Source: Emiliania huxleyi CCMP1516
Taxonomy: Eukaryota
Reading direction: 5' to 3'
Assembly (NCBI RefSeq): GCF_000372725.1
Contig: NW_005201092.1
Span: 170,395 to 234,394 of the forward strand
Length of the DNA: 64,000 nucleotides
The position numbers were made by a program, and so were the translations under genes. Below are positions 45,420 to 64,000 of the stretch, piece after piece (within the stretch, counting starts at the first letter, position 1; each line of letters opens with the position of its first letter). The notes under the pieces were generated by a model. The model was given only the letters and a program-made list of their open reading frames with translations. It did no database searches and was not told where the DNA came from.

Positions 45420-48384
45420 TACTATTATTATTCTCATTCTGGCGCGGAGGCGACCACCTCCGCGCCGCTCTCCGCGTCGAGCAGCCCAACCACCACCGGG
45501 ATGTGAAACGGCTCCTTGGCCGCCTGCCCCGGCGTCGGCGGGCACGCTTGCGACAGCGTGAGCGAGTAGACGCCGGCGGCGGCGTCGTACGCGCCCGCCG
45601 CGGTGAGGACCGGCGTCCCCGCCTGTGTGTACCACCGCTCGAACTGGGCAAGGTAATAGTAATAACTAATTAATATTAGTATTATTAGTCCCCGCCTGTG
45701 TGTACCACCGCTCGAACTGGGCAAGGTAATAAGAATAACTAATTAATATTAGTATTATTAGTCCCCGCCTGCGTGTACCACCGCTCGAACTGGGCAAGGT
45801 CCACGCCGTTTGCATCGGCCATCGCCGCGCGGAAGTCGTCGCACGTGACCGCGGCGCCTGCAGGAAGGGTCCAGGAAGGGTCCAGGAGAGGTCTAGGAGA
45901 GGGCGGGAGTCGTCGCATGTGACCGCGGCGCCTGCAGGAAGGGTCCAGGAACGGTCCAGGAGAGGTCTAGGAGAGGGCGGGAGTCGTCGCATGTGACCGC
46001 GGCGCCTGCAGGAAGGGTCCAGGAACGGTCCAGGAGAGGTCTAGAAGAGGGCGGGAGTCGTCGCATGTGACCGCGGCGCCTGCAGGAAGGGTCCAGGAAC
46101 GGTCCAGGAGAGGTCTAGAAGAGGGCGGGAGTCGTCGCATGTGACCGCGGCGCCTGCAGGAAGGGTCCAGGAAGGGTCCAGGAGAGGTCTAGGAGAGGGC
46201 GGGAGTCGCCGTGGCCGCGGTGCCGTCGTGGCGCTTGAAGTACTCGGTCAGCCCTCTGCGGAACCCGTCCTTGCCGACGAGCGTCATGTACATCCGGATC
46301 ACCTCCGCGCCAGAGTAATACTGATGAGAAGAATACTACTAAGAACAACAAGAAGAACAAGAATAGGGCCACCTCCGCGCCCTTCTCGTAGACGGTCGAC
46401 GTGTAAAAGTTGTCCATCGCAATGTACGACTCTGGCCGGATCGGGTGCGACATCGGCCCGGCGTCCTCGATGAACTGGCGGCCTAGACACTTCCTAGACA
46501 CTTCCTAGACACTTCCTCGACGGACTTGACATTTCCTCGAGGAGCTGGCGGCCGCGCACGGACTTGACATTCTCGATGCGAACCACGGGGCGCGACCCGA
46601 CGTCGCTTGAGAACTCTTGGTCGCGGAAGACCGTGAGCCCCTCCTTGAGGGTGAGCTGGAACCTGTTCACAGCTGGAGGTGTGAAGGGACGCCGTTCACA
46701 GCATGACGGGTTGCGATGGTGAGCTGGAACCTATTATTATTAGTATTCTCCTTCCTCTTTCTTCTTCCTTCTTCTTCTTCTTCTTACTCCTTGAGGGAGA
46801 GCTGGAACCTATTATTATTAGTATTCTCCTTCCTCTTTCTTCTTCCTTCCTCTTCTTCTTCTTGCTCCTTGAGGGTGAGCTGGAACCTATTATTATTATT
46901 CTTATTATTGTTCTTCTCCTTTCTTCTTCTTACTCCTTGAGGGTGAGCTGGAACCTATTATTATTATTATTCTCCTTCGTCCTTCCTCATCTTTCTTCTT
47001 CTTACTCCTTGAGGGTGAGCTGGAACCAGTCGCGGCACGTCACGCGGTTGCCCGACCAGTTGTGAAAGTACTCGTGCCTGTGCAAGGGAGGGGAGGGGAG
47101 GGGAGGGGAGGGGGAAGGGGGAAGGGGGGGGGGGGGGGCTAAGAAGAGGCCCTCTCGCACGCGCAGCCACTGCTGGAGGCAAGAGTGCCCGATCACGCTC
47201 TCGATGCGCTCGTAGTTGTCGTCGGTGGCGGTGGAGGGCTTGGCGAGGGTGAGCGCCTACTCGCGGGTGATCTCGCGGACTCGCGGGTGATCTCGCGGAC
47301 TCGCGGGTGATCTCCCGGGTACTCTCGGGTGATCTCGGGTGATCTCGGGTGATCTCGGGGACTCTCGGGTACCCTCGGGTGCTCTCTCGGGTACTCTCGG
47401 GTGCTCTCGGGTGCTCTCGCCGTGTTGAAGATGTTGAGACCCCTTGTTCTGTGTAGGAAGTGTCTCGGAAGTGTCTAGGAAGTGTCTCTCGCCGTGTTGA
47501 AGATGTTGAGACCCCTTGTTCTGTGTAGGAAGTGTCTCGGAAGTGTCTAGGAAGTGTCTCTCGCCGTGTTGAAGATGTTGAGCCCCTTGTTCTGTGAAGG
47601 AAGTGTCTCGGAAGTGTCTAGGAAGTGTCTCTCGCCGTGTTGAAGATGTTGAGCCCCCTTGTTCTGTGTAGGAAGTGTCTCGGAAGTGTCTAGGAAGTGT
47701 CTCTCGCCGTGTTGAAGATGTTGAGACCCCTTGTTCTGTGTAGGAAGTGTCTCGGAAGTGTCTCGGAAGTGTCTCTCGCCGTGTTGAAGATGTTGAGCCC
47801 CCTTGTTCTGTGTAGGAAGTGTCTCGGAAGTGTCTCGGAAGTGTCTCTCGCCGTGTTGAAGATGTTGAGGCCCCTTGTTCTGTGTAGGAAGTGTCTCGGA
47901 AGTGTCTAGGAAGTGTCTCTCGCCGTGTTGAAGATGTTGAGCCCCTTGTTCTGTGTAGGAAGTGTCTCGGAAGTGTCTAGGAAGTGTCTCTCGCCGTGTT
48001 GAAGATGTTGAGCCCCTTGTTCTCCATCGCGCCCATGTTGAAGTCGTTGACCGCGACGATGTTGTACAGACTCAGGTCGTACTCGAGGCCGAACCGCTCC
48101 TGTGGGGCAGCCTCGGGCAATCTCGAGCAATCTCGGGGGATCTCGGGGGATCTCGGGCAATCTCGGGGGATCTCGGGCAATCTCGAGCTATCTCGGGGGA
48201 TCTCGGGGGATCTCGAGCAATCTCGGGTGATCTCGGGAGATCTCGAGGCCGAGCCGCTCTTGTGTGTGAGTGTCCGCTGGCTGAGTGTTTGTGTCGCTCC
48301 AGCGTGCCGCCCTTCTCCTGTGTAGCGCCCACCCATGTACCGCGGCCGGTGGCCAGGCGGGCCAGGCTGTTCCTCGCCTCTCTC

Positions 48385-48448
<64 letters not shown>

Positions 48449-50391
48449 CCTCTCTCTCTCTGTGTGTGTGTGTGTGTGTCCGCTCCTCGTCCCACTGCAT
48501 CGACTTGATCAGCGACGCCAGCGCGTGGTCGCACTGGTCGACGTTCTCCTTCTCCGAGTACACGTTCAGCTCGACCTGCCGAGATTCCCCGAGATTGCCC
48601 GAGATTACCCGAGATTCTCCTTCTCCGAGTACACGCTCAGCTCGACCTGCCGAGATTACCCGAGATTGCCCGAGATTACCCGAGATTCTCCTTCTCCGAG
48701 TACACGCTCAGCTCGACCTGCCGCCCCGACGCCGTCTGGAAGGTGCCGCTCACCTGCTCGCGGGTGGACACTTCCTAGACACTTCCTAGACACTTCCTAG
48801 GCACTTCCTAGGCACTTCCTAGGCACTTCCTAGGCACTTCCTAGGCACTTCCTAGTCACTTCCTAGGCACTTCCTAGACACTTCCTAGGCACTTCCTAGG
48901 CACTTCCTAGACACTTCCTAGGCACGTCCTAGACCCTTCCTAGGCACTTCCTAGACCCTTCCTAGACCCTTCCTAGACACTTCCTAAACACTTCCTAGGC
49001 ACGTCCTAGACCCTTCCTAGGCACTTCCTAGGCACTTCCTAGACACTTCCTAGACACTTCCTAGACCCTTCCTAGACCCTTCCTAGACACTTCCTAGACA
49101 CTTCCTAGACACTTCCTAGGCACTTCCTAGGCACTTCCTAGACACTTCCTAGACAGAAAGGAGCCGCTCACCTGCTCACGGCGCGGTGTCTAGGAAGTGT
49201 GTAGGAAGTCTCTGGGAAGTGTGTAGGAAGCGTGTAGGAAGCGTCTAGGAAGTGTGTAGGAAGTGTGTAGGAAGTGTCGAGGGAGTGTTGCCGAGGTCGT
49301 ATCTCTCCCACATCTCCCCACATCTCCCCGGATCTCGATCTGCCGCTCGCCTTGCCGAGATCGCCGGCGACGAGCGCGAACAGGTAGCTCGGCTTTGGGT
49401 ACGGGTCCTCCCACACCGCAAAGTGCCTAGAGGGAGATCTGGGGAGCTGCATGGGGAGATCTGGGGAGATACGGGTCCTCCCACACCGCAAAGTGCCTAG
49501 AGGGAGATCTGGGGAGCTGCATGGGGAGATCTGGGGAGATACGGGTCCTCCCACACCGCAAAGTGCCTAGACGGAGATCTGGGGAGCTGCATGGGGAGAT
49601 CTTGGGAGATACGGGTCCTCCCACACCGCAAAGTGCCTAGAGGGAGATCTGGGGAGCTGCATGGGGAGATCTGGGGAGATACGGGTCCTCCCACACCGCA
49701 AAGTGCCTAGAGGGAGATCTGGGGAGCTGCATGGGGAGATCTGGGGAGATACGGGTCCTCCCACACCGCAAAGTGCCTAGAGGGAGATCTGGGGAGCTGC
49801 ATGGGGAGATCTTGGGAGATACGGGTCCTCCCACACCGCAAAGTGCCTGCCGCCGCCGCAGTCGCCGTGCTCCAGCTTGTTCCCGTTGGAGAGGAGCACT
49901 GGGTACGACTCCTTGCCCGCCTGTTCACGGCTGGAGGTGTGAAGAGACGCCGTGGCGGGGCGCGACTCCTTGCCCGCCTCGAGCCGCACGCGGCTGAACG
50001 TGGCCATCACATCTGGCCGGTCGTAGTAGTAGGTGATGCGGCGGAAGCCTTCCGCCTGAGAGGAGCCGAGGGGACCCGAGAGGACCCGAGATGACCCGAG
50101 GGGACCCGAGAGGACCCGAGGGGACCCGAGAGGACCCGAGGGGACCCGAGGGGACCCGAGAGGACCCGAGAGGGAGTGGATGGCACGGCGGGAAGCCCTC
50201 CGCCTCGCACTGCGTGCAGAACATGCCGCCGGACTTGTACAGGCCGGAGAGCTGCAGGTTGGCCGCCTGCTCACAGCTGGAGGTGTGAGTAGACGCCGTT
50301 CACAGACTGGTGCAGGCCGGAGAGCTGCAGGCTGGCTGCCGGCGCGAGACGGACGACCGACTCGAGCACAAACGGCGCCTCGCCAGCCTGA

Positions 50392-50427
<36 letters not shown>

Positions 50428-51284
50428 TGGGGGGCGTGGCGGTGTGTGTGTGTGTGTGTGTGTGTGTGTGGTGGGTGGGTGGGTGGGTGGGTGGGTGGGG
50501 GGTGCTCGGGAGGCGGAAGCCATCGGTTGGCTGTGAGTGGGAGGTCGAGCTGCTGTCTGTGGCAAGAGCCGTCTCCAGCGAAGCAGAGGCCGACGAGTTC
50601 TGGAGTGATCAAGCGTGTCTCGGAAGCGCCTCGGAGGTGACGAGAGGGTGAGGAAAGGAGCCCCCCCCCCCCCCCCCAAGGTAGGCGGCAGGCAGTGGCA
50701 GCAGCGGGCGGGATAGAAGGGAAGTGTCTCGGAAGAAAGTGTCTCGGAAGGAAGTGTCTCGGAAGGTTCACCGGCAGAGCCGAGGAATCAATCGAGAGGA
50801 CGTCGCCTTCGACGGCGTAGGCGCCGCCGCCGGGCGTGAGCTCGACGCCGTCCACCGCCAGCGAGACGAGCTCGAGGTCCTCGCCTACAGACGCCCGAGG
50901 ACGGCTCCGCGAGGACGGCTGTCGGAAGATTCCGCGAAGGTTCCGGGAAGCGTGGCCGCCGTCGAGGTCGAGGCTGGCGCCGGCGTCGGCGCCGGGGCGG
51001 CGCGAGACGTGAAGGCGCGACGTGACCGTCGTGGCGCGCGACTCGGCCGTCTCGCCGTCGTGCAGTGAGAAGTCGAGCTCAATTTCGCTGATGGCGTAAG
51101 GCGTCGGCGCATAATCCTTGCGGAACTTCTCGACGGGCGCGGCTTGGTCGCTGGCGGAAGACATGAGGACGGAACCGCCGCGGAGGTTGAGGTTCGCTGG
51201 CGCGCGGAGGGGCACCCGGAGTCCGAGGATCCCGGGAAGAGCGCACGCGAGGCCGAGAAGCTTGCCTCGGCGTATCCAGCTCAT
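43102..51284 (-). CDS. pepN: Aminopeptidase N (M1 family, bacterial/plant PepN type) with N-terminal targeting extension; many repeat-filled introns
   Basis: [89 protein letters not shown] (HEXXH-x18-E), [39 protein letters not shown]; stop TGA at 43102-43104. Confidence 0.95.
47417..48022 (-). repeat. Intronic tandem array of 71-72 bp units, each carrying the exon tail NKGLNIFNT
   Basis: GCCGTGTTGAAGATGTTGAG recurs nine times (eight intronic copies plus the true exon). Confidence 0.92.
48768..49152. repeat. 11-mer tandem array (CACTTCCTAGR)n in a pepN intron
   Basis: Seen directly; the same family appears as CTAGGAAGTGT in the TIR-receptor introns and elsewhere. Confidence 0.95.
49399..49848 (-). 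repeat. 70-bp tandem array carrying exon segment HFAVWEDP
   Basis: TACGGGTCCTCCCACACCGCAAAGTGCCT recurs seven times at 70-bp spacing; the outer copies belong to the flanking exons. Confidence 0.92.
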
Positions 51285-51295
51285 GTCTGACAAAA

Positions 51296-52970
51296 AAGAA
51301 TTAAACAAACGTCTCTCTCACAGCACACAGGCTCGACACAGGTGCGAACTAGCGCGCAATGGCGCGCAAAAAAAGAATTCTGAACCAAAAGAAATATTTT
51401 TGTTGAGCACCTCTTGGCGCTGCCGCCGCGACGCCAAACGGCTGCGGCCGGCTCTGCAGAGCCGGTGCTGCAGCTGGGCCGACCGGCAAGAAGCTCAGCG
51501 CAGCCAGCAGCGGCGAGAGCACGTACATGCCGCGAGCCGCAAGCGAGCAGTGGAGGACCTCGTAATGAGGACCTCTGAGCACCTGAGCGCATCGACGAGT
51601 TGATTCCCACCCTGGGACCTGTGACTAGCCACCCTTTTTGCATATCGTGCGGCCCCTGATTCCCTGAGACGGGACGCCTACATCGGATGGAGCAAGTGTA
51701 GTGAACGCAGCTGCCATGGACCCTCTCGCCGTGTCCGAGGGCGCTCCGTGAGGAGCTCGTGATGTTGTTAGATACCGTAAACACCACGCATCAGAGATCC
51801 CCTACGCACCTCACTGCTCTCGGTGAAGTACTTCTGGGTACAGGAAGTTATGAAAGCCCATCGCACACGAGCCCATACCAGTGCACATACACATCGCACT
51901 TATATTTTGCATGTTGACGCTTTCCCCGAATGGCAATCCCTCTCTCTCACCGGCACGGCTGGCAGCTGGAACCGCCTGCTTTTTTTGTTTGCTGGGAGCA
52001 GTAGTCCTTCTTATTAGTCTGTCACTGGAGCCGTTAGTGGTGATTGCGAGGGGAAACGACGTGTGCCCGGCACCGCCCGGGCGTGAGGACCTCTTATTAT
52101 GAGGACCTACATGAGCACCGTGTGCACATCGACGTGAGTTGATTCGCTCTGTGACTCCACATGATAAGGCAGCCAGCGCATCACACTGCAGTCAGAAAGA
52201 ATTTGAACAAAAGAACTCTCTCTCACAGCAGACAGGCTCGACACAGGTGCGAACTGGCGCGTCAGAAAGAAGGCTCTCGGGACGGCCTCTCTGCGTGCGT
52301 GCATATAGGACGCCGGTGCAGCAATACCGCAACCAACCAACCAAGTGCTTTTGAATCTGGTCACTGAATGGAACAAAATTATTTGTGTGGGATGTGCGGG
52401 CTCTTGAGGGATGTGCGGGTCTCCTTCCCGCGAGGGACTTCTTTGACCCGGCTAACTCTTTTGCGCGAAAATCACAGACTGAGACGCCGTCAGTCCAACG
52501 GTGATACATGGTGCCGGCATACCCTCCACGTGAGGACCTCTTGTAATCTATGAAGGTGCCAATGAGGACCTCTGAGCACTAGAGGGTCTTGACATGATCG
52601 GCGGGTCTTCCCGTAGGAGGCGTGGCTAGCCACGGTTTCTTTTGCGTATAGAGCGACCCCCGAAGGATTCCCTGCGCCTTCATGATCGGCTGCAGCCGAG
52701 TAGTCACACGCAGCTGCATCAGTTCTCTCGCACGGACCTTTGCTCTCCCCTGCTCCGAGTGCGCATTGTGAGGACCTCTTGCCGTGAGGACCTCTTGCAG
52801 CCACGAAGTGCCCTCGCCCACACGCGCACCACAGTGTTTGCGGCGGCGCTGTGATAGCCAGCGCATCACACCTGCAGTCAGAAAGAAGGCTCTCGGGCTC
52901 TCTACGTGCGTGCATAGGACGCCGGCGCAGCAATACCGCAAGCAAGTGTTTTTGAATCTGGTCACTGAAT
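51296..52970. repeat. Intergenic repeat mosaic (51296-51357 matches 52197-52261; 52170-52368 matches 52857-52970) with GAGGACCTC motifs
   Basis: CTCTCTCACAGCA.ACAGGCTCGACACAGGTGCGAACT and TTTGAATCTGGTCACTGAAT are each duplicated. Confidence 0.8.
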
Positions 52971-53808
52971 AGGAGTCAATAGTTGGGTGGGAAGTGCGTG
53001 CCCCAACCTACGTCATCTCCGCGAGTGGCAGAGTAGGTTTTCCTTTTGAGCTTAGCCTTCGCTTCGATGTTGTGAAACAACGCAAGGCGGACATGGCATA
53101 TCGCTCTCGGGCCCACAGACATCCCGCACACTCGCCGCACACCCGCCGCCCCCGCGCGCGCCCCACCCCGGCCGGGAGAAAGGGGAGTGACAGTTTGGGA
53201 TGGCAACAGAACGAGTATGTTGAGTCCTGGCTCAACAACGCAGGGTAAATGTAAGCCGGATGGCTCACAGGCCACCTCTTGCGCCCCGACTGACCGATCT
53301 ACCGCACTGAACACCTCCGCCCCCTCGCTCCCAACCCATCCACCTCGCCTCGGGCCGCGCCGCGCAATCTCGGGCGATCTCGCGCAATCTCGGGCGATCT
53401 CGGGGCCGCGCCGCGCTATCTCGGGCGATCTCGGAGCGTCGCTCGCGCGGCGGCACACCTGCTCAAAAAAGGAAGGGCCTGGTTGGAGCCACGGGGCTCA
53501 CGTGCTCGCTCGGTTCTCGCCGCCTCGCCCTGCGCCACTTGGGCCGGTGAGGCGGCGCCCCGCGCGGCGCGTTCCTCGCCCCGTCCACGCCGACCCCTGT
53601 AATACACTGTCTCTCATCACCCCCCCCTCTGGAGGTCCACCCGCATCGCTTCAGCAGCTTCGCGTCGCCGTCGGCCCGCTGCCAGCAGGACGAGCTCGAC
53701 AGCTTCACCGCCAGCAAAAAATGGCATTGGGAGAGTTGTCGTGTTCAGAACAATTAGTAAATGACTGGTGCGCTCTCAATCTGCGCCGATCTTTTGGCGA
53801 AAACAAGT

Positions 53809-61993
<8,185 letters not shown>

Positions 61994-62169
61994 CTTGACG
62001 AGCAGCGAGGCGCCGCGAGTCGAACGCCGTCGTGAAACTGCTTGAAAAAAGAAAAAAGTGGACGGTCTTATCTTTTTAGTATGAGAGTTTGGTTAGGTAT
62101 GTGTGCAAAGACGCGCGACGATATACTTTACGAATTTATTGAGAAAAACTCCAGCGGCGCTCTGAAATT

Positions 62170-62856
62170 CTACGACTGCGGACGCTCTGAAGCGGGCCCT
62201 CCCGTGATCCGCTCGCCGAAGACCCGAACCTCGGTTCTGTGCATGGCCAGCTCGAGCTCGACAAAGATGACGGCGAGCACGAGCAGTTGGTAGAGGTGCA
62301 CGCGTGCTCCCGGCACCTGCGATAACACGATGTGGGAGGAGTTAGCCTTGCGCGTGGAGTCGGTGGCGAGGGCGAGAATGCACCGTGACGGGCATCTGCC
62401 TCGCCATGTCGGCCGCCTGCGCCTCGAGCGCAGCAAAGTCGAGCCGCTGCAGCACCCGATCGACCGCCTGAGAGAGCGCTCGCTCATCCCGCGCCCAGGA
62501 CTGGGCGGCAGCCGTGAGCTTCTCAGAGTCGAGCGTCCAGGAGCAAAGGAGCGCACCGCCCATCGCTGACATCCCAGTGCTGGACAGGAAGTCGACCAGC
62601 ATGCTGCGGAAGACACGTAGCGTGCCCTCGGCCTTGCACACGACAGGGTATCGGCATATTCAACTGTAAAGTTAATGGGGTCGCCGTTCACACCGCAGGT
62701 GCACGCGCGCTCATGCGCGAGCTGCAGTTCCTCATGCACTCGGCAGGCACCGCGAAGCGCTGGCGGAGGGAAGGCGTGCGCTGGATCCTGTTCTTCCAGG
62801 CTACACTTCGCTGCACCTCGGCCATACTGGAGCTAACCTCCGCGGCTGACGCCATC
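62170..62856 (-). CDS. Hypothetical protein (spliced), unknown function
   Basis: Coding-like ORF pieces (CKAEGTLRVFRSMLVDFL...; HLYQLLVLAVIFVELELAM) with plausible AG acceptors; no family recognised. Confidence 0.3.
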
Positions 62857-63220
62857 TCGCTTATTCTCGTACAGGAGACGAGCCTGAAGCGGCCCCTCGC
62901 CGGCTCCGCCTCGGTCATGCTCCTCGGACCGTGGCCGCGCCGCGGCGGTGATACTCCAGCCAACGCTCGGCGGCGGGTGGCGTTCGGCGGCAGCTGAGGA
63001 TTCCCTCGGAGGCGGGCTTTATGGAGGCGCTTTAGAGAGGCATGTGGGCGCCCTCTAACCCGCTTTTTTTTGATATTATGCGCGCTCTGTGTGCGTACAG
63101 CGAGCTTGCTAACATGTTTCTTCCGCGACACACTCAGTGGTCACAGGAGCCTGATTCTACAGCACCCCCTCGTTGGTCGACGGACAACCATTCGCATCCC
63201 GCCTTCCCTCACTCACCTTG

Positions 63221-64000
63221 CTAAGAGCTGAGCCCAAGCATTGAGCGGAGCCCCTCGTTGAGGGGCAGCGACAGCATGTACAGCGGGGCTAGTTTCACGA
63301 AGAGCGCCGTTGAGCCGCGGTAAAAGCCGGCCTCCTTCAGGAAGGGGAACCCGAGACCCTCCTGGGACATGATCGTAGTGGCGCACGCGATAGGCGACGC
63401 GAACTTGCCCGGCTCTGCCAGGTAGCGCGTGGTGACGACATCCGCCGGGGTCGCGCACACGGTGGACCCGAGTGCGCCCATGATGGAGGCGAGGATCTGC
63501 TGCATGAGGCCTACGGATGCGCCACAGGCGTGTGTCGCGACTTGACGTGTGCGACCTGTCTTCTGCGGCTCGAGTGCCCTCGGGAAGGACTCCCGAAGTG
63601 GCCGTCTTGAAGCCGTCATACCCAAGCTGATTGCCCGCAGAGAGCGTCGCGCCGCGCACCACCAGCGGGCCCGAGCCCTTGAACCAGCCGCCGATGCCGT
63701 CCTTCTTTGCTACGGCGGCCATACCGGCGATCCAGCCGTTGGGCGAGGTAGGTGCAGAGCCCGCCTTGGCGCCTGTGGTCAGCAGGCCCGACTTTGGGTC
63801 GACGAGCCCCGCCTCGGCCTGGATGATTGTCTTTTGCGCGAAGACGGGCGTGGCAATGAAGTAGCCGATCGCACCCGCGAGCAGCCCCGAGATGAACATG
63901 TCGCCCGGCGTTGGCTTTGCGACGTCACCACCGCGGGCGCCAACGAAGACGTCGCGCACCGTGGGGTAGAGGCCTACCCTCCCGATCGCCGACACGCCGA
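63221..64000 (-). CDS. Mitochondrial carrier (SLC25; dicarboxylate/oxoglutarate/UCP-like), 3' part, truncated by the window edge
   Basis: R.GLYPTVRD, ATPVFAQK, WFKGSGPLVVRGATLSAGNQLGYD, ATPADVVTTRY (Px[DE]xx[KR]-like), FYRGSTALFVKLAP; one intron at about 63513-63575. Confidence 0.88.

Noticed and set aside
47417..49848. Regularly spaced repeats resembling CRISPR arrays (also 54769-55382)
   Set aside because: The intervening sequences are near-identical rather than unique spacers, the repeats are copies of host exons, no cas genes are present and the context is eukaryotic.

Overview
GC-rich eukaryotic genomic window from a draft assembly with seven N-gaps. GC-donor introns, 10-11-mer intronic tandem repeats and the gene families suggest a haptophyte such as Emiliania/Gephyrocapsa huxleyi (inference, not a database result). 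Recognisable genes are an F-box/RCC1-repeat protein, a two-LOV photoreceptor with a possible RGS-like linker, a VWD-like secreted protein, an iduronate-2-sulfatase-like sulfatase, a GT34-like glycosyltransferase, two SAM methyltransferases, a TMC/OSCA-like fragment, M1 aminopeptidase N, GH2 beta-galactosidase and an SLC25 carrier. The highlight is a spliced gene at 14126-18801 (-) that reconstructs in frame as a single-pass receptor: nicotinamidase (PncA)-fold ectodomain, EGF, TM, TIR, TIR. The PncA domain keeps its metal ligands but has lost the catalytic Cys and the aligned Lys, while TIR1 keeps the NADase Glu, so it is a candidate nicotinamide-sensing TIR receptor. Also notable: a 1001-bp element with 22-bp TIRs and a 9-bp TSD at the RCC1 start codon; pervasive introns built from duplicated exon-junction sequence, including arrays of 6-10 splice-flanked exon copies; a shared ~40-bp intron-acceptor motif in unrelated genes; a fold-back palindrome with ~150-bp arms; and several orphan gene fragments. 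Exon boundaries were inferred by eye.
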